Of a DNA stretch of 60,000 nucleotides, positions 34,440 through 46,882 are shown piece by piece (position 1 is the first letter of the stretch; the number at the start of each line of letters is the position of its first letter). The position numbers were made by a program, and so were the translations under genes. The DNA is from Laetmonice hystrix (taxonomy: Eukaryota). The stretch spans positions 27,158,001-27,218,000 of the forward strand of contig OZ249436.1 of assembly GCA_965235115.1 (NCBI GenBank), in the 5' to 3' direction. The notes beneath the pieces are model-generated. The model ran no database searches. It had not been told where the DNA came from and was given only the letters and a program-made list of their open reading frames with translations.

Positions 34440-37400
34440 TTAGTCTCTTAACCTCTTTTCGACCTTAAGCCAAATCCCGTTTTTGGGTTGAAGCAAACTA
34501 CTGGGTTTGAACTTCATCGGAACCTGAAAATATGAACAAGAATGAGAATTAGGCAACAGCCTTTGAGGTATGCATGTATAGAGGAATTTACGGGTGGTAA
34601 ATACCCGAGGAAATATCATGCTATACTGCATAAGGTAAGGGAATGCAGCAAAAAAAAACCCGACAATTTATATCATTAGGAAGTACCAACATTTTATGAT
34701 GAGTCAAAAGGGCACAGTTCCTATATGTCACCACGTATGATCTTAGTAAACCTGTCGGGCATACCTCGGTCTTTGAACACGTCGTGAACTTGACCTTTCG
34801 AAGCGTCCTGACCACTCCGACCTTGACCTCAACCAGAGCCAGCCTCATGGCGACGCAGTTCCTTGGTCCGTAACCGAAAGGCAACCAGTCAAACGGACCA
34901 TGCTTTGCCTTGTTTTCTGGGGAAAACCTGATCAAAAACAGCACACACGAATACAAAACACACTGCATAAAGCATTTAATCATGGCACTTCATTAATGTG
35001 TAGCGTCTTTTTATTTCCAAATTCCTTTTTCCATTCCTTGTCATGGAGGTGTCATAATATCACACCTTGACTGTACATGTATACAAGTACAAATGTATTA
35101 TTGTTTCTTACCTGTCAGGGATGAACTTTTTGGGTTCGGGCCACTTTTCTTCGTCATAATGAATTTGAATTATCGGGATGGCAACTGACATGCCTTTTTT
35201 CAAATGTATACCTTTGATGGTGAGGTCACGATTGGCCTCGCGGACAGTCCTGTAAATCAAAACATGTGAAGCGACGACTAGAAAGGACAGAATTCAGGAT
35301 GGGCTTTTCTGATACTTTACCAATTCTATGATATGGTATTGCTGCAGCATAATGTCCATAATTATAGGCCTACATGCCTCGGCCTAACCAATTGGCCTAC
35401 CTCCAAAAAAGCATGCTTATCATGCCAATTTGTTGTTTTAATATTTGAAAACAGCGTTCAAAATGGGTAAATTTAGCTTTCAGCATATGGATAGAATTTT
35501 TTATATGAATGAAGTAAAATCGTAGCGGGTTGATATACTCACGAAGCGGCTGGTGGAAAGAGTCGTAGCGATTCATGGACACATTGGTCCAAATATGACA
35601 TCTTTGCCAGCATGTCGTATGACAACTCCTCCTATAATAACAGAATGTGCAATAAGTGACGCTACGTTAACTAAAGATGGCGAAGTGCTATCAATGGAGG
35701 CCTGCCTTACTGGGTCATGGGATACCTTAACCCCAAGCAGATTTATTTTTCAGTATGGCTAAGAGGGAGCGTAAAAGGACAAATAGAAAAATGCGTGGAA
35801 AACAGAACCTGAAGAGTTATTTGTCAAAAAAGACAAGGGCCAATTTTAGGATAAACTGGACCGGCACATCTGCTCTAACTCATTTTTATATTATGGAGTG
35901 AAAGTTTCATTCAGAATTATTTCCATGTCTAAAATCTTTACTTTTATCGGCAAAACATGTTTTTCTCATGGCAACTTCACCCTCTCCTCATAAATATGAG
36001 AATGCTATAGTGCGTATTTACGGAAGGTCGGCCTGTTTGTCACAAACCCGTCCTTATATGGCTTCCTTGGCGTGCATGGATTCACGAATTTGAGAAATAG
36101 TTGAGAGGGGTATACCTTTAAGCCCGAATTCCTCTGTTAGTATTGTAGTTACCTTGTCCCCCATTACGCTGTCAATTTCCTCAATCACTTTGTCCTGACA
36201 GTCCGGGTTCAAGGCCAGGTTGTACATCAAGAACGACAAGGCAGTTGCCGTTGTTTCATACCCCGCCAGGAAAAACATGATTCCATTGGCCAGCAGCTCA
36301 TCGTCGGTGAGACCTGAAAGTGTCAGGTTTCCCCTTGCCTAGTTTTACAACTGTATTGTTGGTCACTCTCATTAAGGTATTACATATAGGCCTACATGAG
36401 TTATTGCTGCAAGTGTTACAGTTATACTTTATATTGGCTTTTATAGCCCTAGACGCGCATCTGCATGCCCCAGAGAAGGGCCTATATCATAGAGTAGGAG
36501 ACGCAAGGATGGGTATTGGTATCGGCAGTATTGTAGAGAACAGGGTCCAGAGTGGAGAGGAAATCCTCACCATAATAAATGAATAAAGTATATCGGAATC
36601 CCAACAACGAGTCTTCCAAGACTTCAACCAAACAGCGACCCCGACATAACAAAAAAAGGGGGGGGCCTTAGAGGATGAGGATTTGGTCCAAATTGGGAAA
36701 CTGTAAAAAGTTTCATAAAATAAATCGAATTATAATGTCAATCTCAGTGAAGCAAGCGAAGAAAAATCTTTTTTCTGACCTCAAACTCAGTGAACAATCT
36801 TTGAAGGCGGGCTGGTGACAACCCCCGACACGTAGAGTGCCGATATCGATACAGCAACCCCTCCCCGCCATGGTTATGGGTAAAGGCCCTGCCAGCTTTA
36901 CCTTTTTTCAAGTGTTTATCATCGTCGTCCTTGTTTAAGTCCTGACCAGGCACGTCATGACTAGGCGCATCCTCTCCAGTGTCCCGGATGTCCACTCCCC
37001 GTTGAGCGTTTATCATCAGCTGGAGAAAGTCGGCGCTGCTCTGCCAGAAACAATCCATGCGCAATGCCTATACTGTAATTCAACTGCCGCAGAAGCCGCC
37101 CAGATATTACCGACGTCGATTTATTTATCAATGGGATACCTCACAAAACTTAACGTGGATCTGTTTTCTAGTCTGAGACCTCAACAATATGGCGGACAGC
37201 AGTGAGGCGTGCCGAAAAAGCGGGTAAATAAAGTGTAGTAAAATACAAGTGAACAAAAAGCTGAATTATTACGTGAGTGACAAAGAACTGGCACAACCCA
37301 CAAGAAGAGTTTGAGATAAATCAACAAGAGCACTAAAGAGTTGCATGTAATCAATATCTGAGATACTTTGGATGACTTTCTAGATTTACTGGAGTCTCCT

Positions 37401-40400
37401 ACAAACACGATCTGATCCGAGATACTTTGGATGACTTTCTAGATTTACTGGAGTCTCCTACAAACACGATCTGATCCGAGACACTTTGGATGACTTTCTA
37501 GATTTACTGGAGTCTCCTACAAACACGATCTGATCCAAACCTGGAGAAACGTACCTGGTCGGCCTTTTCTTTTCGTGCCTCCTTGGCCTGTTTAATGACG
37601 TCACGGAAGAACAAAAAGACACCTTTTCCGATGATGGTGTCCAAGTTGAGGAACCTCAATAGACGGATTAGCCCGGGGATAAGGACTTTTTTTTTAAAAA
37701 AAGGAAATACCATTAGTGTTATGTTCTAATTAGCAACTCCTAAACATTAACACATACAGAGACTGGGTGTTTCCGGGGGGGGGTGCCCTCCATTTTTCAC
37801 GTAAGACACAAAAGCGATTTGAACCACGTGGTGAGAAACCGTGTCATCACAAGTCAGATATTAAACCACTGAGCTACTGAGGCCAAACACACGTCTGAGT
37901 CCGACACGTGTGAATATCTGATACTTGAGGTAATCAGTAAGCCAAAGAACATTCTTCTCGTATCGTTGACAGTATGTAGAACCTATAGGCCTACATAAAA
38001 GTTTCCACCGGTAGTAATATGCTCATTGATGTAAAACGCTATTCTTGCATAGTTAACAAAATATCACTTTGTGCACGGGTGTTTTGTCGCTGTTTCATGC
38101 ATGACTCCGGGATTCAAGGTCTGTGCCTCACCAGGAATTAGTTCCAAGGTGTATGACACTCATATTATTTCTAATTTGAGGAAAAGAGCCGAGAGTAAAC
38201 AAGAATTAAGAATTAACAACACATAAGCGTCAACTTATACGAGTGTCATACAACTTGGAACTAATTCCTGGTTAGGTGTATATTTAGGCCTTGAATCCCG
38301 GATACTGTCTGATCTCCCTTCATGATATCTAGTGGATAGGGCCTACTGTCTGACCACATCCAAAAGGCTTAAATCTCCCTTCATGATATCTAGTTGATAG
38401 GGCCTACTGTCTGACCACATCCATAAGGCTTAAATCTCCCTTCATGATATCTAGTGGATAGGGCCTACTGTCTGACCACATCCAAAAGGCTTAAATCTCC
38501 CTTCATGATATCTAGTTGATAGGGCCTACTGTCTGACCACATCCATAAGGCTTAAATCTCCCTCCATGATATCTAGTGGATAGGGCCTACTGTCTGACCA
38601 CATCCAAAAGGCTTAAATCTCCCTTCATGATATCTTGTGGATAGGCCCTACTGTCTGACCACATCCATAAGGCTTAAATCTCCCTTCATGATATCTACCG
38701 TATAGGCCTAATATAGTCATGGTAGATTCGCCACAGATTCGCCACTTTGACAGAAAAAATCTTAATTCCACTAATCTACCGCAGATTCGTCCCATGCAGG
38801 GCACTATACCCATCACCATTATATTGCACATTCGCTGTTTCAAAGAAAAGAAATTCAGGCTTTGATTTCTATAGTTATGTCTCGGACCAGCGAATGACTC
38901 ATTCGCCTGTATGAGAAAAAAATACTTTTCATGTATATTCGCCAGAAGCATTAATTAAATATCTCGCTAATTCAGACAGATAATAAGATAATATTTTGGA
39001 TGAAGTAGGTATATATCTAATCTAACAAGATTTAATATTTCCCCTCAATGAGTTGAGTGTACTTTATGCTTTACCGCTAGGACCAGTGTCATTTCAAAGC
39101 AGTCTGTTGACCAGTTAGGGAAACGGAAGTACCAGTAAGTAATGAGAAAACTTTCCATAAAAAAGATACTAAACAGGTATTCCAGATCTTCACTGAACTA
39201 AATATACGTAAAAACGCCCCTCCCCATCAACCAACCAAAATCTCAGTTCCATCTACTTTATGTGTATCTTTATCGTAAAGGAAATGTATGTTGTTCATGT
39301 ATACGTACATAACAAGACCATAAGAGGGTTGAAGGTAAACGCCGCCTTTGCATTCTTAACAAAGGGATTATTCTTGTCTTGCTGAGAGTTGAGTTTTACA
39401 CCGAAACCAGTGATGGCGATGGTATCTAACGTGTAACATCCCGCAGACCTGAAGTAGAACAAAAACTATCTTGTTTTCATAGTTACCTTTCAGGGCATCT
39501 AATGCTACAATATCCATGCAATGATAACATGGCTGGTCATGTTCCTTTACATAGCCTACAACCCTACACGTTTACCAGACAATATCTATACCCACTCTTT
39601 GAGTTCCACCTCCTGTCCATCCATCGCCACCGCGTAGTCAGCCATCTGTGCCGCACACCGGTTCATTTCTGTCATCATCTGAAGAAATAATTTACAAGTA
39701 ATTCTATAATCCAGGCAAGGCGCAGTGGCTTAGTCGTACGACTTCTGGCTCTCGCCTTGGTCGTTCGAATCCCCTTCTAGATTTCCTGGAGTCCTACAAA
39801 CACGATCTGGCCCTAAGGCCAGTCGTTTTCCCTGGGCACTTTGGTTGTTGCTTTGCAATAATGCCCTTTCTTTCTCAAAGACTTAATAATTTGCCAGGGG
39901 AATGGTAATTCGCGCGTAGTTTATCTGGAAGTCGGGACAAACAAGGGAAACCCATAATTATTTGAATCCGAATGAGTTACAAGCACTTGCTGTATGCCCC
40001 ATTTGTATATTATACGTCATCCATTATAATATTCCTAAACACTTTTGGTACGATTGAGACATTGTTTATTTCGTGTTTAACTGATGGATATACTTTTGGC
40101 CCTTTAAAGGTAGCTGTCATTAAGCGTCCACAAGTATAATGCCCCAAAGAGGACAGGGAGAAGGAATAGGTTACATTGTACCTTTCCCCAATCACCGTGT
40201 AATTCGGTGTGGATAGCGACCCTTACCCGCTTCAGTTTGCCCGTGCTGAAAGTTGGACTTATGATTGTACGTAGATGCTTCCAATGTTTGCCACGCGCGT
40301 TTGACATCATAGCATCAATCAACCTATCACCGGGCGAAAAGTTCTGTGAACGTAACGGAAACAGCCATAGAGATTACAGTAATAAACTGTCGGAGGAGCT

Positions 40401-43400
40401 GTACAACTCGTCCACAGTGTTGTATATCAGTTATTGGAAAGTTACTTAGACCACCCAGACCACCAGCAAGATTCCTGGTCCAACAGCAACTTCTGTTACC
40501 TTTTAAAACATGAGGAGATATAAACAAATTATATATTTCCGGCTCGAATTTCTGTCGGCTGACTTCTGTGCACTAACTTTAGTATAGATTTATAGCAGCA
40601 AGTTTCCCAACACGTTATTAACGAGGTTATAACAATAATAAACGGCAGAAGGCAGGTTAAAGACAGCAACACACCACTCTTTACCCTGGAAGAGCATGGT
40701 GGGCAATAACATCTATAACCCTCAGTTTACTTGGACTAAGTACTTGTTCGCCATGTTGTCACGCTATCTTCTCCCATGGCATTTTTTATTATTCAATATA
40801 CACTGACTTTGTGAAGGGCGAGGTAACCGGTCGACCCTTACTTTACAACGTGTATCTCCTGAAGTAAAGCTGATCAGAAACGTCTTTTAATCATCACATG
40901 ATTAAAACAACATTACAGTAGGCCTACCGGTCTGTTTGGGAAGTTGTCAAAGTCCTTCACAAATACATCCGAAAGGATATCCTCATCGAAAACATTAAGG
41001 ATAGGCATGCTGCCAAAGAAGAATCTGAAAGAGCGATCAACAGTTTATGATTCATTTGTACGGCGAACAGATGTACATAAAGGTTTACGCAGCGCAATCA
41101 GCCTATTATTTAGTGGATAAAGCACTGTCAGAGCCAGTCGAGACGTTGTTATGGCGAAATAATGCACGAGCCGAAGGCGAGTGCATTATATCGCCAGAAC
41201 AACGTCGAGACTGGCTCTGGCAGTGCTTTATTTACTTTAGCACACAACCTATAACTATAAACAATTCAAACAGTGCCAAAACTACACCCAGTTTAGCCTC
41301 TAACATAGGCCGTACGTGTGTACGGCCTATCCGCTAGCGAACGGAATGTGGAATATAATGAAGATTTAGTAATAATAATATTCAAATACATAAAAAGTTA
41401 AAAAAACAAATGTAAACATTATTACACATGTATATGTTATTTGGTGCGGGGGACGTGGGCATGAAATGCTACAAATGAACACTGAAGACACTAACACGAA
41501 TAGATATAATTTCACTCACGATGACGTGGTGCCATATTTTTTCTTTATGTCCATAGTAGCCCATGGAAAGTTCTGTAACATTGATTATCAGGAACATAGT
41601 AAAGAATTAATGACATCATCCATTTTAAACATTCAATGGGGCAATCAATAGCCTATATATTGTTTCAAAATGAACAAGACCAGCCTGGGTCGGGTCCATA
41701 AATGTTACGTCAGAATTTAGACGTAACTGACGTAAGGGGCTTATTTCTAAGCAGCTGGAGCCTGCCTGCGTAACTTCCTAAAATAAGAATTAATATACAC
41801 GAAACTTTGAATTAATGTAGTTTATGATGTTACATCAACATTATATGAAGTTTCATGGTGGCACGAGGAAGATACTCTATGTGGTCCCATTAAAGTTTTA
41901 ATAAAAATTGATGTTGCGTTGAAATAAAAGCCCACATCATGCCAAAGTCCCTACCGACGGCTCTCCACTTGGACGGAGGCGGACCTACGTTAAATCGGTA
42001 TAAGAAGTAGCATTCTACTTCTTACATCAATGCTTCGTCAATTTTTAGGCAAAAATGTATGCCCCCCCCCCATCAATCCAACACGACACCGACGGTGTAC
42101 TTTGTGCCATATTCATACGCCAGGCATAGAGTTTATTAGTATGCGTTTGGATTATTTCTAATTTGAGGAAAAGAGTTAACAGTAAGCAAGAATTAACAAG
42201 AAATAAGCGTTTTTCCGCGGGGCTACAGGAACGGCAGGTTGTTAAGTGAACACCCTCCCCCCATTTTTTCTACACGGTGCTCAAAAAGTGGTAGCAAACT
42301 AAGGGGCTGTTTAACGTCGCACCACCCCGTAACGTGTAGAATCAGGAACGCATATAAAAGTTCTACAATTTTTATCCAATTGTCAGAATATTTTGAACAT
42401 GATATTATCTGGTTATTTGTGGCCTGTTAAACAAATTATGAATTCATTTTTCTGATCAGGGTGCCCTTTTGAACCTATGCCTGTCCCCCAGCAAATTTTG
42501 GCTGAGTACGGCCTGGTGTGGCATCTGGGGCGACATGGTTGTATGCCCTATTATAACACCTAGATGATATCAGTACCGTGAGAGTTTCTCCCCACAACCG
42601 TAACGAACCGATGAGGGGGTATGGAGTGACGCCATTAATCCCTTGTTTCTTGAAGTAGTTGAAAGATCGTGTGGTATGCCTGCAAGGACCAAGAATCACG
42701 GTGAACACAATGTATGGTATGACATAGTCCTAGGCTGTCCAATACCTGGCCCACGTTCTGGTAGAACCATGATAGACTATGCATGTGTTATACCTTTCCC
42801 TCTAGGTATAATTGTGACAGCTACCTTTCATCTTATTTCCTGACCTGGGACAGACTGGGACCCACATCCCAGATGTCCCTTAAACTTAATCCACATAGCT
42901 CCCCAGAATTAGCCTAGGCTACATTATTATTATTAGTTATCTGGTTGTACGCAAGTATTGGCCAACCTATATACATGCAGTGATTGCTACCTGTTTACAT
43001 GTATATTATAATCCAAAGCTAATAATTAAGATCGAGACCCAAATAATTATGTAGACTTACAGGGGTCGAAGATACGTCCGAAGTTAATCATTACCAATAC
43101 CATGCACAGGTATACTATATGATGTTTCAGAAAAAAACGTGTAATCTCCAAAAACTCTGGACGCCGAAGGACGGCAAGAAGCCAGGAAAATGTGGCTGAA
43201 AATGCACAGAAGAGTTGGTTTTTGCACTGTTTTGAACCCATTCACGTAAAGGCCTCTTGTGCAGTCATGCAAGAAGCACTCAGACTCAGAGCAAACATTT
43301 CAAGAGCAGCCTAATTTACATCCCACTCTACGTCCCTCCAAATTTATAGCCCAAAATCGTTTTAGTTTTAGGGGACATTTTGGAGATGACACGTTTTTTT

Positions 43401-43658
43401 CTGAAACACCCTGTATATGTGAATCATTCACTGAATCGAGTGTACTGTTATTATAGATTTATCGTGTAGGCCTACGAGTAACTGACGTCATGTTCTTCGG
43501 GCTTGCCATAACCACGCCCACGTACAGTAGCAGTTTGTCACGAGCAGTGTTTGGTACTTGTCATGCCACTCACAACCTACTTACCACAGAAACGCAACGA
43601 TGGCAGCAGTGAGGAGGAGAAGCCATATAGGCAAGTCTATGAGGCCAAGGATAAGCAT
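34440..43658 (-). CDS. CYP3: Cytochrome P450, clan 3 (CYP3A-like), 14 exons, 523 aa
   Basis: Exons 43658-43585, 42679-42577, 41572-41520, 41024-40928, 40343-40227, 39678-39596, 39448-39309, 37685-37555, 37040-36902, 36313-36153, 35631-35543, 35249-35112, 34927-34765, 34523-34440 (1572 nt, phases consistent). N-terminal anchor, WKHLR..SPTFSTGKLK, FFLAGYETT, ESLR, FIPDRF, heme motif FGYGPRNCVA. Confidence 0.95.
37360..37537. repeat. Tandem repeat, ~59-60 bp x3, in CYP intron 8
   Basis: GAGATACTTTGGATGACTTTCTAGATTTACTGGAGTCTCCTACAAACACGATCTGATCC repeated; part resembles the SINE body at ~39777. Confidence 0.9.
38106..38302. mobile_element. Small fold-back element (MITE)
   Basis: TCCGGGATTCAAGG..CCAGGAATTAGTTCCAAG.TGTATGACACTC mirrored at the right end; central part recurs at ~42150-42210. 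Confidence 0.6.
38312..38697. repeat. Minisatellite, 61-bp unit, about 6.3 copies, in CYP intron 7
   Basis: ATCTCCCTTCATGATATCTAGT(G/T)GATAGGGCCTACTGTCTGACCACATCCA(A/T)AAGGCTTAA. Confidence 0.92.
39718..39890 (+). mobile_element. tRNA-derived SINE (degenerate)
   Basis: Pol III A-box-like TGGCTTAGTCG and B-box GTTCGAATCC followed by a non-tRNA body (GTTTTCCCTGGGCACTTTGGTT). Confidence 0.55.
41109..41244 (+). mobile_element. Palindromic 5' end of the Crypton-like element (second copy), in CYP intron 3
   Basis: First ~100 bp identical to 10561-10660; continues to complete a ~125-bp imperfect palindrome followed by TTAGCACAC. Confidence 0.7.
43118..43413. mobile_element. Tc1/mariner-type MITE in CYP intron 1
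   Basis: TGTTTCAGAAAAAAACGTGTAATCTCCAAAA mirrored by TTTTGGAGATGACACGTTTTTTTCTGAAACACCCTG-TA. Confidence 0.6.
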
Positions 43659-45247
43659 GGTGCTGATCACGACACACGACTGTTGGCCGTTGAACCAGGC
43701 GACTGATGGCCGATTGAAACACTCCCGATGAACTGAATGAGGCCGCGGTCCGTGCCCGGCTGCAGTAGGCCTAGGTGCCTGGCGTGCAGCCCATTTTATG
43801 CGAAGCCCAATCGATCATAATACCAAGTGGCTGTACCATGGACCTTGTTCCTGAAAACTAAGACCTTATAAGGCCTACGGGGAACCCTGTGCGATGTGGC
43901 AATGACTCATGATGGCCTCTGAGATAATAATCTTGATCGGAAAGATAAGATGAGTGCGGCGTGGCGCCACACTACGAAGAGGCTATCATGAACTTTCACA
44001 CATGGTGTCTTAAGAAATTAATATCGGAAAATGGCAGAAAGAAATAGTGGATGCCGTAATTAGGATTTTTTTAAATGCACCACACTCAGCATGAAAATAT
44101 GTATAGGCCTATAGGTCTACATATTTCGGACTTAAAGGTCCACTTTTTTTAAAACCTGTAATATCGACCCTGCCATAAAAATCAGCATAGTGTCCCATGT
44201 AAAACTCAAATAAATGGAAGTGAGACCAACCAAATGTAATGTGAGAATGCTCAGCTGGCTCCGTTGCGCTCTGCCTTCGAACCGCTTGGCCATTTTGATA
44301 ACCGTGTACTAACAGGGAAATTCCCACGAGTTTCAGTGCTGCCCGCCTCACAGTCAGCGCCCCTTCCGGAGAGCGGAGGCAAATTCAAACTCCTACTAAT
44401 TATCATGTTTTAGCTTCGGTCCGAGTTTTAGTTAACAAAAATCATTATACTGCAGTATTGCAGTAACAGTGTGTCTTCATATATATGTCAATAGGTGAAT
44501 ATATAGGGGACAGGCAAGTGTTTTATTCTTGAAGATACCAACGATGCTACTTTAAGAGAAACATGTTCTGATTTTCTTTCTTTTAAATTGCTATACCTAG
44601 ATCTACTGCCGGCTAACTTTGCTTTTAGTTTTTTTTTATAGATTCTAACTGCAATATCGCCTATGAATCACCACTGTCTTTTGAAATTCAATCTCGTGCT
44701 CATACACATTAATAGTAGAGGGCTAGGCCTAATACACACTGCGCGGGTCAAACAAATATAGGCCTACCATGGTTAGCAGTTGATCATGACATATTCCTCG
44801 AGTGAGTTATCGTTATTTTTAGGCGGCGTATCATTCTGCGGCGGCTTGCACCACACCGTGTAGATCTACACAGATTAACAGACTGTTGCGGCATGCAGGG
44901 AACCCTGCAATGATCTACACTTGCAGTTGCAAAATGACTGCAAATAGAAATTGTTTATCCGACCACAACGTATCCCAAGCTGGTTTAAGGGCTGATGTGA
45001 ATTTTACTTCGACCAAAATTTCATCTATGGGGGCGTCTTACCTCTGGTATGGGGCAAGACGCCCCTTTGCAATAGCAAAATTCTTTCCACAAAAAAAACT
45101 ATAGGTACGTATTTCATCTATATATCGATGGTCCCAAAATATAGGCCTACCAGGGATGGGGGCGTACCCCCCCCCCCCCCCACCACCACCACCACCACCA
45201 CCACCATCACACCTTTCCTTGAAAAAAGTTGTTCAAGCTATGCAGGG

Positions 45248-45409
45248 CAGGGCCGTGCCCGGGGTGGAGGGGGGGGGGTGTCTAACCCCCCCCCCCCCCG
45301 GTGCCAAAGGTTTTTTTTACCATCTGTACTGTTACAATGTTACTAACACTTGGATCCGTCCACTGTAACCCCCCCCCCCCCCCCGCATCAATCTCTGGCC
45401 ACGGCCCTG
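45248..45409. mobile_element. Small G/C-rich MITE
   Basis: TIR CAGGGCCGTG / CACGGCCCTG; flanking direct repeat CAGGG. Confidence 0.6.
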
Positions 45410-46764
45410 CAGGGGACCTCCCCGTCCCCCCTTCCCCTTTAAAAGTGGGGGGGGGGCAACAGGGCCATGCGCAGGATTTTTCGAGGGGGATTACAGTTTG
45501 GCCGGGGGACTGGGCGAGCGCCGAAGGCTCGAAGCCATGCTAGGGGGGTCCGGGGGCAGGCCCCACCCCCTCCCCGATAAATTTTGAAATTTATAGTGTA
45601 ATTTGGTGACATTTGGTGCATCTTAAAGCAGAAAATAAGGTCTGAAATGTGAGAAAATACCCTTATTTAAATAATCAAGGGAAGGGAAAAAGTGGGGGGC
45701 CAAAAGATAATCTGCCCCCCCCCTTTTCCTACGCCCCTGAAGGGGATCCCCCCCCCCAACCTGCAGAGCAACATTTGACAATTAAAAACGATTTCATTTA
45801 TAGATTTGGGAGAGATTTTTGCTCTGAGATGCGCCTCCGGCATTCCTGAAAAAATGTGACTGACTGTATACCACATGTCCACTTTCGCCACAATATCCTG
45901 CATGAGTTTGCGAGCAGATATTTGTGTTACAGTCGGTTTCCACCAGGTGGCGCCACGATTCCGTGACGACAAGAAATGAGATGTCGACAACGTGTGAACT
46001 GTCCAACCCAAGAAACTCTCCGCGAATGAATTACGCGAAGGCAATGAATTCCAAAGAATCCCCCCCACCCCCCCACCCCTCATCCCGGGGATATGCGACG
46101 TAATTGACTGCTGACCGCTCTACGGGATCTTTACTGTGAGGGAATTGTAAGTAATGTAGGGCTAACCTACAATGTTGTTCACTTCTAAGTTAGGACCTCC
46201 CTGATTGGTTTATTAGTAGCAGCCTATACTGAAGCTGGCTGGCTCGCGCTCCATACAGCAACGTGATAATGTTCCCCCTACGCCTAGGTCTATAGGCTCA
46301 GGGGGCGGATCCAGGATTTTGGTAAGGGGAGGGGGTGGTTTAGGGGAAGAATTTGTTTTAGAGGGACTCAGCATTGTCAATTCAGACACTTTCATGGGGA
46401 AAAAGATAAATCGGTTGCCTTCACAATTGCTGTTATTTTAACAACTTCAAGCGGACCCCCCCCCCCCCCGTTCCAACACGTATGCTACGGTCCTTTTCAA
46501 CAAATCCGCTATAGGCCTAATTCGGTTGGGCGAATCTTTGAAGCTCTGCCCCAGAGATACAATCACACAAGAATAGGCTCCTATGTAAATCAGATGTAGG
46601 CCTACACGTACCAAAATAGGTATCTTCGCCTTTTAGTTTCGATACGGGACTTATTCTGATTCCGCTCGGATAACTTTGCTGGCGCGAATTATCCTAGATT
46701 TAATCGCGCGAGACCTTGCCCCTGGCCACAGCGAAGTTGCATTGCGCACGCTCAGATCAATTAG

Positions 46765-46772
46765 TGACGTCA
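46765..46772. promoter_or_regulatory. Full palindromic CRE in the CpG-rich proximal promoter of the kinase
   Basis: TGACGTCA about 110 bp upstream of the ATG at 46883. Confidence 0.45.
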
Positions 46773-46882
46773 CATTGCCTAGTAGCGAGTATCAACTAAT
46801 GCAGCGCTCAGAGAGCACTTTGCCAGGCGCTGCCACTGGACGGCCACAACATTAGGTGGTATCATCCTGTAAGAACGTCGGA

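Noticed and set aside
34850..34885. Heme motif CVA rather than CIG as a sign of an inactive P450
   Set aside because: The cysteine and all other P450 motifs are intact, and Ala at this position occurs in functional clan-3 enzymes.
45128..46083. Pro/Gly-rich ORFs between the CYP and kinase genes
   Set aside because: They arise from poly-C/poly-G runs of MITEs.
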